This document shows positions 21,852-31,479 of a stretch of 64,000 nt of DNA, piece by piece. The notes beneath the pieces are model-generated. The model ran no database searches, had not been told where the DNA came from, and was given only the letters and a program-made list of their open reading frames with translations. The DNA comes from an uncultured Actinomycetes bacterium (GTDB lineage: Bacteria; Actinomycetota; Thermoleophilia; RBG-16-64-13). Where the stretch lies: assembly GCA_963706025.1 (NCBI GenBank), contig CAVPLM010000003.1, positions 192,001 through 256,000 of the forward strand. Reading direction: 5' to 3'. A program made the position numbers and the translations under genes. Numbering within the stretch: position 1 is the first letter of the stretch; each line of letters begins with the position of its first letter.

Positions 21852-22030
21852 GCTGTCAGGACCGTCACTCACGGTGCCTCTGTCTCTCTGCGCCGGCAGG
21901 CCGGCCGCGGTCAATTGCCAGTAGGTGGCCTGGACTGCGCCACAAGACAAGTATCGGCCGGGGGGGCGGCGGGGTTTAGCGAAGAGCAGCAGATGGGCCG
22001 TTCCCGCAGTCTCCCCGGCACGAGCAGGCC

Positions 22031-22816
22031 CTACTCAGCTTCCGTTCCAGACTCCCCCTCATGTGAGGACGACGGTCTCGCCTGCCAGAACGTGGCCAAG
22101 GACACCAGTCGAGCGACGATGGTGATGAGAAAGATCTGCCCGAAGATCGCCTGAAACAGCCCAAGCAGTTTTGCCGGGTACGTTACCGGGACAAAGTCAC
22201 CGAGGCCTACGGTGGTCATGTTGACGAAGCTGTAGTAGTAGAGGTCACCGACAGCCATGGAGTGCCCAGGGGAGGCGGACGGCGCGATGACCGCCTCCCC
22301 GTGAGCCACTGACAGCACCAGGTAGAGAATGGCGAAATCGATGCCGACCAGAAGATAGGCGGACAGTGCCGCCGCTATGGTCTCCCCTGTCACCCGCCGA
22401 GCTGAGGCAATGCGACGAATGATGAGCGGAAAGGCCGCGATGAGCAGCATTACGAAGACAAGACCAGCCAGCGAAGTGACAACTACGCCGAGTACCGAAT
22501 TGCCCAGCCAAACAAGAATCACCGAGCCTGCCACTCCGCCGACGAACGCGATCCAGCCCAGGATCACCCAGACCCGTGAAGCACGTGATGCACGAACGGC
22601 AAGCAAGAGAGACGCCGCTGCCAAGGCCTGGCCGACCCTCCATCCCCACTCATACTCCGCCGCTCCGACGGTGAACACGAGACTGACGAGCAGCAGAACG
22701 AAGAGTGCGTAGTACGAGTCGGCCCCAGACAGCCGGCGTCGGTGACTCACGGCCACCTCAGCCTCCGACTGCCGCTCGGACGTCTCTTCGATGTCGTGCC
22801 TCTTTCTCAGGAGCAA
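22031..22816 (-). CDS. Potassium channel family (Ion_trans_2) protein
   Basis: Multiple TM segments; YYSFVNMTTVGLGDFVP pore signature. Confidence 0.88.
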   Translation of the reverse strand: MLLRKRHDIEETSERQSEAEVAVSHRRRLSGADSYYALFVLLLVSLVFTVGAAEYEWGWRVGQALAAASLLLAVRASRASRVWVILGWIAFVGGVAGSVILVWLGNSVLGVVVTSLAGLVFVMLLIAAFPLIIRRIASARRVTGETIAAALSAYLLVGIDFAILYLVLSVAHGEAVIAPSASPGHSMAVGDLYYYSFVNMTTVGLGDFVPVTYPAKLLGLFQAIFGQIFLITIVARLVSLATFWQARPSSSHEGESGTEAE

Positions 22817-23179
22817 TACCTCCTCCTAGCACCCACGCACGAATTATCATGGAAGCGAGCGCTTGGTCCCGTATCCCGTTTTCGACGTCGGAGCTTCGTT
22901 TCCCCCCGCCGCGCGAGTGGGTGCGACCATGGTCGGGATGGTGTCGAGAGAATTGGCGCATGTGCCATTCGTTCGGCTAAGATGGGCTCGTCATACCCGG
23001 CCGGCCAACTTGCAGACCGGGCTCGACAGGACACGAGTGAGGGCGCGCAAGAAGGCGCACCGCGGAGGGTTCATGGGGCTGAACCGGGCAAGACGAGCCG
23101 GCCTTCATATCGCGTCCATGCTCTGGGGCGGCCTGTTCAGTCCACAGGTGTGGTGATCGTGACCCAGAAGGAGCCCGTG

Positions 23180-25483
23180 GTGGGTGAGACGACACAGAAC
23201 GGACGAAAGCGTCGTCGCTTTCCCCTTGCCAGCATCGTCGTGGCAGTCATCTTGTTCCTACAGGTGGCCTTCTACTTCCTGGTCGGGATAGCCGATCTGT
23301 TCTCCGTGGGAGTGCTTGGCAGCAAGCCCGCAGCTGACTTCATCGTGGAGGGCGCGCTCAGCCCCGAGGGGAGCCTACTGGTTGCTGGCGGGTTTGCTCT
23401 GGTTTTTGGAGCCTTGGGCCTAGCTGTCATGGTCGGTCTCTTCTTTGGGCGGAGATGGGCTTGGGCGTCCGCCATGACCTGGGCCACTCTGTCCCTCGCG
23501 CTTGGTCTCGTATACTACTTCCGAGGGGACCCCAGATACTGGAGCATGCTTGGGGCCGTGGTATTCGTACTGGCTCTCAACCAGGCTTCCGTACAGCGGG
23601 CATTCACCAAACAGAGCGCGCGGGTGACTCCCGCGACGGGCTCCCAGCAGAGTGACATGGTCTCGGCGCCGACGGAAGCTTCGAACCTGGAGCTGCTGCG
23701 CACCTTCGAACCCGTGCTGCGCTTCACTAAGGGAGAGCGCTTCTTTCCAACCGACGTTGAGAGATACGTGTCTCGATCGAGCCTCTGGGTGCGTCATCCC
23801 GACGGCAAGGAGGAGGTGCTGGCGAGGAGAGGTGAGCTCGACATGGAAGGGCTTGCCCGGCACCGAGAGCATGTCTTCGGTACCGTGGAGTATCTTCGCT
23901 TCAACGATACCCTGAGCGTGGCTGAAGGCGCCCGGGCGCTCTCCGAGGTGCGCCGACTACGCAAACAGGATGACGCAGTCTTTCGTCCGGGAGTGGGCCG
24001 GCTTGCCCGGGTTGGGTTTGCCCCTCGAGTAGTCGATGCCTTGTTCTCTCTTTCGCTACTTCTGAGGGGAAAGGTACATCCGGTGACGGCAGCTGCCGCC
24101 GAACTCGAATACCACCGAATGTTGCTCCAAGACCAGAGGCACCCATACTACGGCCGGGTTGCCCGCCGAGGAGGCTGGACCATACTCCAGTACTGGTTCT
24201 TCTACTGCTACAACAGCTGGCGGTCAGGGTACGAGGGGGCGAACGATCACGAGTCCGACTGGGAGAACATCCTCATCTACCTGTATGAAGAAGACGGCCG
24301 TCTTCATCCTGAGTGGGTCGGTTATGCATCGCACGATTTCCATGGCGACGATCTGCGCCGGCGCTGGGACGACCGCGGGCAGCTCGAATTGGTGGAAGGA
24401 CACCCGGTGGTATGGGCGGGAGCCGGATCTCACGCCTCGTATTTTCAGCAAGGCGAGTACCAGGCAAAGGTAGCGCTTCCCGTGCCCAACTGGATACGGG
24501 CGGTGTCCAGAGGACTGACCTTCTTTTGGACTCGCATTCTTGGGCAGGCCGGCAGAACGTCGGACCCGCTGCGCATCCCCTTTGTGGACTACGCACGAGG
24601 CGACGGAACGAGCATCGGTCCAGGCCAAGAGCACGGATGGGAGCCGGTCGTCATCGACGAGTCCACTCCCTGGGTCAGTCGCTATCGCGGCCTGTGGGGC
24701 CTCTTCGCGAACGACCCCACCTCGGGCGAGAACGCTCCTGCCGGGCCGATGTACGAGCGTAGCGGTGAGCCTCGGCGCTCTTGGTACGACCCCCTGGGGT
24801 TTGTCGGGCTGGATAAGGAGCCGACCCCGCCGGCTGCCAAAGACTTGCTTGCGCAAGAAAGCGCCCGGATCGAGCAACGTCAGCTTGACGTGGACCGGCT
24901 TATCGGACAGAGGCTCTCTGAGTTGCACGTCATCAGCGCCGAGATGCTGGCGATGGAAGGCAACCCGAATCTCCGCACCCGCTACCTCAAGTCGGCCGAT
25001 GAAACAGTCTCCGTGAGAGACGATCTCCGTCGTCTGCAGCAGGAGCTCACCGAGAATGAAGCGGTGCTCGGGGCTGTCAGGGAGAAGATGGCCACACTGG
25101 AAGAAGGCCGGAGATCCGACCCTCGGGCTCACATCAAACAGCTTGCGCAGCCTGTGCCTCAGGCTGACTTACGGCTCAATCGAGCGGCTGAGGCGTGGGG
25201 TGCGGTAAGCCTGAGCCTTATCCTGCTCGGCATCGTGGCTTTGCTGGTTCTTGCTCGCGATCATCTCTGGATCGGGCTCGTAGTCATGATCGGGGCCGTG
25301 CTGCTTCTGGAGGCGATCCTTCGGGGCCACTATGTTCGTACGCTCGGAGGCATCGCTGCGATACTTGCCGTGATCTCAGCCATACTCCTCATCGTCCACT
25401 TGTGGCTGTGGGTCATCGCGATAATCCTGGCCGCACTAGCATTGTTTCTGATGGTGCAGAAACTCCGGGAGCTGTGGAGCTAG
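23180..25483 (+). CDS. Large membrane protein with central Vps62/NPP1-like soluble domain and coiled coil
   Basis: N- and C-terminal TM bundles; FEPVLRF..GERFFP, LQYWFFY..N, HESDWE, GSHASY; start placed after AAGGAG. Confidence 0.7.
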   Translation: MGETTQNGRKRRRFPLASIVVAVILFLQVAFYFLVGIADLFSVGVLGSKPAADFIVEGALSPEGSLLVAGGFALVFGALGLAVMVGLFFGRRWAWASAMTWATLSLALGLVYYFRGDPRYWSMLGAVVFVLALNQASVQRAFTKQSARVTPATGSQQSDMVSAPTEASNLELLRTFEPVLRFTKGERFFPTDVERYVSRSSLWVRHPDGKEEVLARRGELDMEGLARHREHVFGTVEYLRFNDTLSVAEGARALSEVRRLRKQDDAVFRPGVGRLARVGFAPRVVDALFSLSLLLRGKVHPVTAAAAELEYHRMLLQDQRHPYYGRVARRGGWTILQYWFFYCYNSWRSGYEGANDHESDWENILIYLYEEDGRLHPEWVGYASHDFHGDDLRRRWDDRGQLELVEGHPVVWAGAGSHASYFQQGEYQAKVALPVPNWIRAVSRGLTFFWTRILGQAGRTSDPLRIPFVDYARGDGTSIGPGQEHGWEPVVIDESTPWVSRYRGLWGLFANDPTSGENAPAGPMYERSGEPRRSWYDPLGFVGLDKEPTPPAAKDLLAQESARIEQRQLDVDRLIGQRLSELHVISAEMLAMEGNPNLRTRYLKSADETVSVRDDLRRLQQELTENEAVLGAVREKMATLEEGRRSDPRAHIKQLAQPVPQADLRLNRAAEAWGAVSLSLILLGIVALLVLARDHLWIGLVVMIGAVLLLEAILRGHYVRTLGGIAAILAVISAILLIVHLWLWVIAIILAALALFLMVQKLRELWS

Positions 25484-25611
25484 TCCGACCTTCCCCGAAG
25501 TCGGCCGGGAGGCCACGGATACCCGGGGACGTATGAGGTTTGGAAAAAACTGGTTCCGGAAATTTATACCGCCAGGCGTATCCGCCAACCACGAAATGAG
25601 GAGGGAACACA

Positions 25612-26014
25612 ATGAAAAGGCCGATAGGAGTATGGATCATAGGCATCCTCGCGCTTATTGTCGCGATCCTTCGCATCTTGGGCGCGGTTCACGGCCCTGG
25701 GTGTCGGCGGGCTGGCGATGACCGGCACACTGGGCGAGGAGGCGGGGAGTCTCGGGGCAGAGGCCCTGGGGGTCGGGATAGCGTCGCTGATTAGTAGGGT
25801 CATCCTTGTCCTGATCTTTGCCCTGGCCTTCCTGGGACTGCAGCCCTGGGCCTGGGCGGCCCTGATGATCATTCAGTTGCTCACCATAGTGGTGGTAGTC
25901 GTGCAGTTCATCTTCGACGGCTTTCACTGGTCTTCGCTTACTACCATCATCATCCCGGTGATCATAGTCTTCTACCTCACCAGACCGAGAATCAGGCAGG
26001 CGTTCGGAGACTAG
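25612..26014 (+). CDS. Small 4-TM membrane protein (frameshift near 25680)
   Basis: MKRPIGVWII... continues in another frame to ..WAW..FYLTRPRIRQAF. Confidence 0.65.
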
Positions 26015-26084
26015 CCGGTACAGCCGGGACCCGCGGATGCAGGATCTGACCCAAAGACCAGACTCAGAACCAGGAGGCCAAGTA

Positions 26085-26411
26085 GTGATAGTAACCACCA
26101 CATCGAGCATCGAGGGAATGAGGATCACGGAATACAAGGGAGTCGTCAGCGGTAACGCTATTCACGGCATCAATATCGGGAAAGACTTCAAGGCTATCGG
26201 ACGGAACATTGTCGGGGGACGCTCGCAGGCGTACGAGGACGAGCTCGGCAAAGCTCAGTCCGAAGCGATGGCTGAGATGGAAAGCGCCGCCGCCGATCTG
26301 GGAGCGAGCGCGGTCGTTGCCGTGAGGCTGGACGTCGAAGGCCTCGGAGCCCAGAACAACATGCTCCTGGTCAGCGTTACCGGGACTGCGGTGGTCGCGC
26401 AGCCTCTCTAG
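26085..26411 (+). CDS. YbjQ/UPF0145 family protein
   Basis: VIVTTTSSIEG..Y.GVVSG..RNIVGGRSQAYE..MLLVSVTGTAV. Confidence 0.92.
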   Translation: MIVTTTSSIEGMRITEYKGVVSGNAIHGINIGKDFKAIGRNIVGGRSQAYEDELGKAQSEAMAEMESAAADLGASAVVAVRLDVEGLGAQNNMLLVSVTGTAVVAQPL

Positions 26412-26470
26412 GACCCGTGCCCGGGATATCGGCTCGCCCGGACACTAGACCGGCCGGGCAGAGAACGAGC

Positions 26471-26496
26471 GAGGGCCGTCCTTCGGGGCGGCCCTC
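26471..26496. terminator. Hairpin between convergent ybjQ-like gene and aqpZ
   Basis: gagggccgtcc-ttcg-gggcggccctc. Confidence 0.6.
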
Positions 26497-26500
26497 TCAA

Positions 26501-26538
26501 TGCCGCGCAAGCGGTACCGGGGGCTCGGACCCCCCCTC
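26501..26538 (+). pseudogene. Second, more degenerate tRNA-Ser 3' remnant
   Basis: tgccgcgcaagcggtaccggggg is identical to the 8308 copy; T-loop is mutated (ctcggac). Confidence 0.75.
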
Positions 26539-26572
26539 AAAGCGGCTCGATCCCGAATCGCCAGACGGGGCT

Positions 26573-27283
26573 TCAGGCAGGCTCCGGTTCGGCCTTGGGC
26601 TTCCCGATCAGATAGTGGTAGAGCAATCCTCCGACGGCGCCACCGATGATGGGCGCCACGATGAACAACCAGAGCTGGGAGAGAGCCCAGCTGCCCTGGA
26701 ATATGGCCGGCCCGATGCTTCGGGCCGGGTTGACCGAGGTACCGGTCACCGGAATACAAATCAAGTGGATGAGGGCCAGGGTCAGACCGATGGCGAGCGG
26801 GGCGAAACCCTTGGGTGCGCGCTCGTCGGTGGTCCCCATGATGACGAAGATGAAGATCAGGGTGAGCACGAACTCGGCCACAAAGCCCGCGGCCAGGCTG
26901 TATCCCCCGGGGGAATGCTCGCCATAGCCGTTGGAGGCGAAGCGGTCGGCAGCGGAGAAACCATCCACTCCGCTGGCGATGACGAAGAGCACCGCGGCGG
27001 CCACGATGGCCCCGATCACCTGAGCAACCATATACGGGCCGACATCTCTACCCGGGAAGCGCCTTCCTAGCCACAGCCCGAACGTCACCGCCGGGTTGAA
27101 ATGGCCTCCCGAGATGTGACCCACGGCATAGGCCATGGTGACCACGGAGAGGCCGAACGCCAGTGCTATCCCCAGAAAGCCGATACCAAAGTCCGGGAAG
27201 GTTCCGGCCAGAACGGCGCTCCCACAACCTCCCAGAACGATCCAGAACGTGCCGAAGAACTCGGCTATCAAGCGCCTTCCCAT
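26573..27283 (-). CDS. aqpZ: Aquaporin Z
   Basis: [43 protein letters not shown]. Confidence 0.96.
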   Translation of the reverse strand: MGRRLIAEFFGTFWIVLGGCGSAVLAGTFPDFGIGFLGIALAFGLSVVTMAYAVGHISGGHFNPAVTFGLWLGRRFPGRDVGPYMVAQVIGAIVAAAVLFVIASGVDGFSAADRFASNGYGEHSPGGYSLAAGFVAEFVLTLIFIFVIMGTTDERAPKGFAPLAIGLTLALIHLICIPVTGTSVNPARSIGPAIFQGSWALSQLWLFIVAPIIGGAVGGLLYHYLIGKPKAEPEPA

Positions 27284-27600
27284 ACCCACCTCCGCTCCAA
27301 GGATTACCCGCTGGCGGCGACGGACTTGGACCGGGTCTAGCCCGCGGTCCCGACTCCGCCTCCCAACCAGTCACAGTGTAGTGGATGCGCCTCGCATTAT
27401 GGAATCCTTTGCTTGCGCGACTCTGGCCCACACTGTAGAGTCCGCCGTGTGAACGGTAGGGGTGTTCCGGAAACGACCGTCAGAGAGAATCCCATGTCCA
27501 CTTCCGAGATGGCTGCCGGCGAGCTGCCCGGCTGCGACTCACGTATCGGCCTGGCGCCAAATCCGAGGCTGGAGACCGCTGCCGAGCCCGGGGGCTCGTC

Positions 27601-28701
27601 GTGAGAACCATCTCCACGGAGATCGCGTCACCGGCACCTGCCAAGCGCTTGATCGTCGTGCGTAGCATCCACGCCGGCCGCGACCTCGAGATGTTCCTGG
27701 TCACGGCGATCGCGACGATCCTCATCGTTCGCGCCGCCCTGGCGGCCACCGGCTGGCCACAGCTCGGCGGCGGCAAGATCCACGTCGCCCACCTCCTGTG
27801 GGGCGGGCTCGGTATGCTCGTCGCGCTCATCTTGTTCATGGTCTTGCAGGGGCGGCTTTGGAAACAGGTGGCGACGCTGCTCGCCGGCATCGGCTTCGGG
27901 CTGTTCATCGACGAGCTCGGCAAGTTCATCACGTCCGACAACGACTACTTCTTTCAGCCGGCCGTCGCCATCATCTACCTGCTGTTCGTGATGCTGTTCC
28001 TCGTCGGGACGGCGATTGTCCGCTGGGTCCGCATCTCGCCACACGCGGCGCTTGTGAACGCGTTCAGCCTGGCCCAGGAGGCCGTCATCCGCGACCTGGG
28101 CGAGGCGGAGCGCACCCAGGCCCTTACGTTGCTGGCGCAATGCGACCAGACCGAGCCCCTAGTGCAGGACTTGACACAGATGTTCAGCGCCATGCGCTCG
28201 CCGGCGAAGACGCCACCGCGCTTCTATATGCGCCTCAAGACGCGGCTCCGGACCTTCTACCAGTCACTGCTCGGGAAGCGCTGGCTCAAGGCACTCGTTG
28301 TGGGCTGGTTCGTGCTCGTCGCTCTCGGCAACCTGCTCCTTGCCATTCTCGTCGTCGTTGTCGCCGCGGCGGGGGAGTCGGGCTCACTGACTCTAGACTT
28401 CTGGAGGTACGGACAGCTGGTCTCTTCCGCCATCGGCGGCGTCCTAGTGGTTGTCGGCCTGATCCGCTGGCGCAGCTCGCGTCTGGCTGCGTACCGCTGG
28501 TTCGAGCGCGCGCTGCTGTTTACCATCTTCGTCACCCAGTTCTTCACTTTCTATAACAACCAATTCACGGCCGTCTTTGGGTTGGTCATCGCGCTCCTCA
28601 CCTATGTGACGATCAGGCTCATGATCCGCGAGGAGGAAGCTCGCGAGGAGTCGCGGTCGCCACACGAATCTGAGGGGTCTGCCCCAAGCCGGCTAGACTG
28701 A
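27601..28701 (+). CDS. Conserved hypothetical multi-TM protein
   Basis: HVAHLLWGG, GIGFGLFIDELGKF, DYFFQP; about 9 TM segments. Confidence 0.8.
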   Translation: MRTISTEIASPAPAKRLIVVRSIHAGRDLEMFLVTAIATILIVRAALAATGWPQLGGGKIHVAHLLWGGLGMLVALILFMVLQGRLWKQVATLLAGIGFGLFIDELGKFITSDNDYFFQPAVAIIYLLFVMLFLVGTAIVRWVRISPHAALVNAFSLAQEAVIRDLGEAERTQALTLLAQCDQTEPLVQDLTQMFSAMRSPAKTPPRFYMRLKTRLRTFYQSLLGKRWLKALVVGWFVLVALGNLLLAILVVVVAAAGESGSLTLDFWRYGQLVSSAIGGVLVVVGLIRWRSSRLAAYRWFERALLFTIFVTQFFTFYNNQFTAVFGLVIALLTYVTIRLMIREEEAREESRSPHESEGSAPSRLD

Positions 28702-28949
28702 GGCTATCGCGCGGGCTGGCGGCCGGCCTGCTACGGCGGATAGTCATCGACAGCGCTGGACCCCCCAGGCGAAGCCGATATCGGGGTTGTCGGCCGCGAC
28801 GAGGAAGGGATCAGAAACGCGGCGCTCAGCGGCAGACGGGGCGGCAACCTCCCCGGCCGGCCGAGTCCAGCTATCTCCGCGGCGCCATCTTTCCACCTCA
28901 TTGTCCTGCAATCGCCAATCAAACGGTTGCTCGATTCGGCGAGAGCGAG

Positions 28950-29108
28950 GTTCCACCTTTGGTTGTATTCGCTTCCGAGCCCCACTCCGTTACCCTGCAG
29001 TACCCGGTCGGCGGGGGAACGGAGGGTGAACGGGGGGTCCAAGGTGAGCACTTTCATCCTGGCAGTGGACCGCCCGGCTGAAGAGGCGGACTTCGCACTT
29101 CTGCGACA
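28950..29108 (+). pseudogene. ssb 5' remnant 1 (promoter plus codons ~18-41) ending in arm gcacttctgcgaca
   Basis: gttccacctttggttgtattc...taccctgc matches 31329-31377; encodes VNGGSKVSTFILAVDRPAEEADF. Confidence 0.85.
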
Positions 29109-29262
29109 TCCGCCTCAGCTCGCACCTCTTTATCAGACCTGCTGAGATCCTCGATCTCCTCTCAGGTAACGAACTCTCCGCGCGGCACCGACCGACTGCT
29201 CCGTATCCGCTGTCTGGCGAGGCGGTCGTGGCGGGTGCTCGTGAGTGCGGGCCCGGTCGCTC

Positions 29263-30567
29263 CTAAAGGTCCTGCCGCGCACGTGGCGGGACCAGCTTCG
29301 TGCGTGAAGGCTCGCGCACGAGAAGGAGGATCAGGATCGCGCTGAGCACCAGCAGAAGAGCGGCGGTGACGAAAGCCCTGCTGGCGCCAAAGCGGTCGTA
29401 GATCCACCCTCCCAAAAGCGGACCGATCACTCCGCCCAATGCAGCCGCTGCGGTGTAGTATCCCAGCGCTGAACCCTGGTGGGCACGGTCTGCAAGGTCG
29501 GTCACCAGTGCCTCCTCGGCGGGTATCGCGGCGGCGAAGGCCGCAGCCTCGAGCACCCACAGAACGGCCAGCGGCCAGAGCGACCGCACGAATACGACCG
29601 CAACGGTAGCCAGCGCGGCCACCACCAGCGCGGCCACGATCGGTGGGCGCCGTCCGACGCGGTCGCTGATGCCGCCCAGTCGCGAGGGGAGCACCGACCC
29701 GGCGACGGCTGCCGGCAGGAAGGCGAGGGCAAGGGCGAGCATGCTGGTCGAGACGTTGTCGAACAGGTACGGCATCAGGATCGGGCCCAGGAGCGCGGTG
29801 GCGACCGCCGTCAACACCACGATACCCATCAGGAGCCTCAACTGGCCGGGGAGGCGCCACGCTCCACCCCCGGGGGCCCTTTGATCCTCGGCAGCTCCAG
29901 GTGTCTTCTCGACGCGGCTCCCGCCTTGAAAGAGAGTCTCGGGGATCTTCCGCCATACGATCGCGGCAGCGACCAAGGTAGCGACTGCGTACCCGAGGAA
30001 GAGCAGGCGCCAGCCGCCGACGAGCGTCAGCCATCTTCCGGTTTCGTCGCCTTCGAGCAAACCGAGAAGAGCGAAGCCCACGAGAGACCCTACGAGGGTG
30101 CCGCGAAAGGCCATTTCTTCGATGCGCCCGTATTCCCTTCCGCGACAGTCGACAGGCGCTAGGTCCGACACGATGGCCAGAGCCGCAAGCCACGTAAGAC
30201 CCGATCCCACGCCCTGCGCGACCTGGGCGAGATACAGACCGCCCACCCCTGATGCGAGGCCAAAGGCAACGTTCGATAGGGCATAGGCCAGCAGGCCGGC
30301 GATCAGGAAAGGCCGCCGGCCGAGACGGTCGAGCCCGCGCCCGATGAGGGGCTGGGAGATGACCACGATCGCCGCGTAGGCGGAGAACAGCCCACCGATC
30401 GCGAGAGGGCCGGCTCCCATCCCGCGTGCGATGAGGGGCACGCCGAACAACAGCATGCCGAAAGGAAAGGACGTGAGGAACACGCTGAGCCGCAGACGCC
30501 GGAGGTGCCGGTCGTTAGCAGAGGTTCTCGCGTCGTCCGATGCGAGGGGTGCGCCCGAGTCAACCAC
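29263..30567 (-). CDS. MFS transporter
   Basis: 12 TM segments; G..LDRLGRRP and GGISDRVGRRP MFS motifs. Confidence 0.92.
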   Translation of the reverse strand: MVDSGAPLASDDARTSANDRHLRRLRLSVFLTSFPFGMLLFGVPLIARGMGAGPLAIGGLFSAYAAIVVISQPLIGRGLDRLGRRPFLIAGLLAYALSNVAFGLASGVGGLYLAQVAQGVGSGLTWLAALAIVSDLAPVDCRGREYGRIEEMAFRGTLVGSLVGFALLGLLEGDETGRWLTLVGGWRLLFLGYAVATLVAAAIVWRKIPETLFQGGSRVEKTPGAAEDQRAPGGGAWRLPGQLRLLMGIVVLTAVATALLGPILMPYLFDNVSTSMLALALAFLPAAVAGSVLPSRLGGISDRVGRRPPIVAALVVAALATVAVVFVRSLWPLAVLWVLEAAAFAAAIPAEEALVTDLADRAHQGSALGYYTAAAALGGVIGPLLGGWIYDRFGASRAFVTAALLLVLSAILILLLVREPSRTKLVPPRARQDL

Positions 30568-30680
30568 TGCAGGCTCCTATTCGTGTCGAATCTGTCCCGT
30601 ACTCTCTCACACTCGACTGGCCAGAGATAGCATGCAGGGAAGCGCAACCTGTGCCTCGGGAAATGGGGCTCCATTCGGGA

Positions 30681-30784
30681 TTCCACCTCGAGGTCGAGGG
30701 GGTGAACGGCGGCTCGAAGGTGTCGAGCTTCATCCTGGCGGCAGATCGCAACGCCGAAGAGGCGAACTCCGCACTTCTGCGACA
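30681..30784 (+). pseudogene. ssb 5' remnant 2 ending in the same arm gcacttctgcgaca
   Basis: Encodes EVEGVNGGSKVSSFILAADRNAEEANS; short promoter trace ttccacct. Confidence 0.85.
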
Positions 30785-30828
30785 CTGTGTCTGCTCCGGC
30801 ACGTGCCTGTCAGTCTGTGCTTGAAGCT

Positions 30829-30963
30829 TTGATCAGCGACGCAGTGAAGTCCGCATTGGCCGAAGATGCCGAGGATCTCCAAGCGTTCGAAGAGCGTGCT
30901 TCAGAGCCCGACCTTCTGTTCGAGACCGTGGTGAAGGCTCTGAAGGCGGATGGGAAGATTTAG
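30829..30963 (+). pseudogene. 5'-truncated CopG/RHH-type antitoxin
   Basis: ISDAVKSALAEDAEDLQAFEERASEPDLLFETVVKALKADGKI* overlaps the toxin start; no N-terminal DNA-binding domain. Confidence 0.7.
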
Positions 30964-31210
30964 GGTCTTCATCAAGCCCTCCGCCGTCCATGAGATCGAG
31001 GGGATCGCTGAAATGAAGCAGCGACAACGGATCGTCGCAAGTATCGGTGCCTTGAGTGACGATCGCCGCCCTCCGGGCAGCGAGAGGCTGACCGGCCGGG
31101 AGCAATACCGTGTGCGGCAAGGTGCCTATCGGATTGTCTACGCGATCGAGGACGACCGCCTCGCGGTGTACCTGGTCAAGGTGGGTCATTGAAGCAGCGT
31201 CTACCGGTAG
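30950..31210 (+). pseudogene. RelE/ParE-family toxin with premature stop
   Basis: YRVRQGAYRIVYAIED..VKVGH-TGA-SSVYR-TAG; family terminus is typically VGHRxxVYR. Confidence 0.8.
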
Positions 31211-31479
31211 GTTCCATCGGCGAGTCGGATTGCGCCCGACTAGCGGAGGATCAGAGCAACGACGTCGAAGTCGTCCGCCGGCACCTTGAGGTCTTGAGGC
31301 TGGAACCAGTAAGTCCACTCTTTCGGTAGTTCCATCTTTGGTTGTATTCACCCAGGGCGCGCCTCCCGCTACCCTGCTATCCCGGGCCGCCGCTGAAAGC
31401 TGAGGAAAGGCCGCGCGGCGGATAGGACACCATCCAATCCCGGAGGGACGAAACCAGTACTGAGAGGGAGGAAGGAACC

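Noticed and set aside
31399-31460. Hammerhead ribozyme (CTGAGGA ... GACGAAAC)
   Set aside because: The core segments are not joined by a proper stem II, and I could not build stems I and III.
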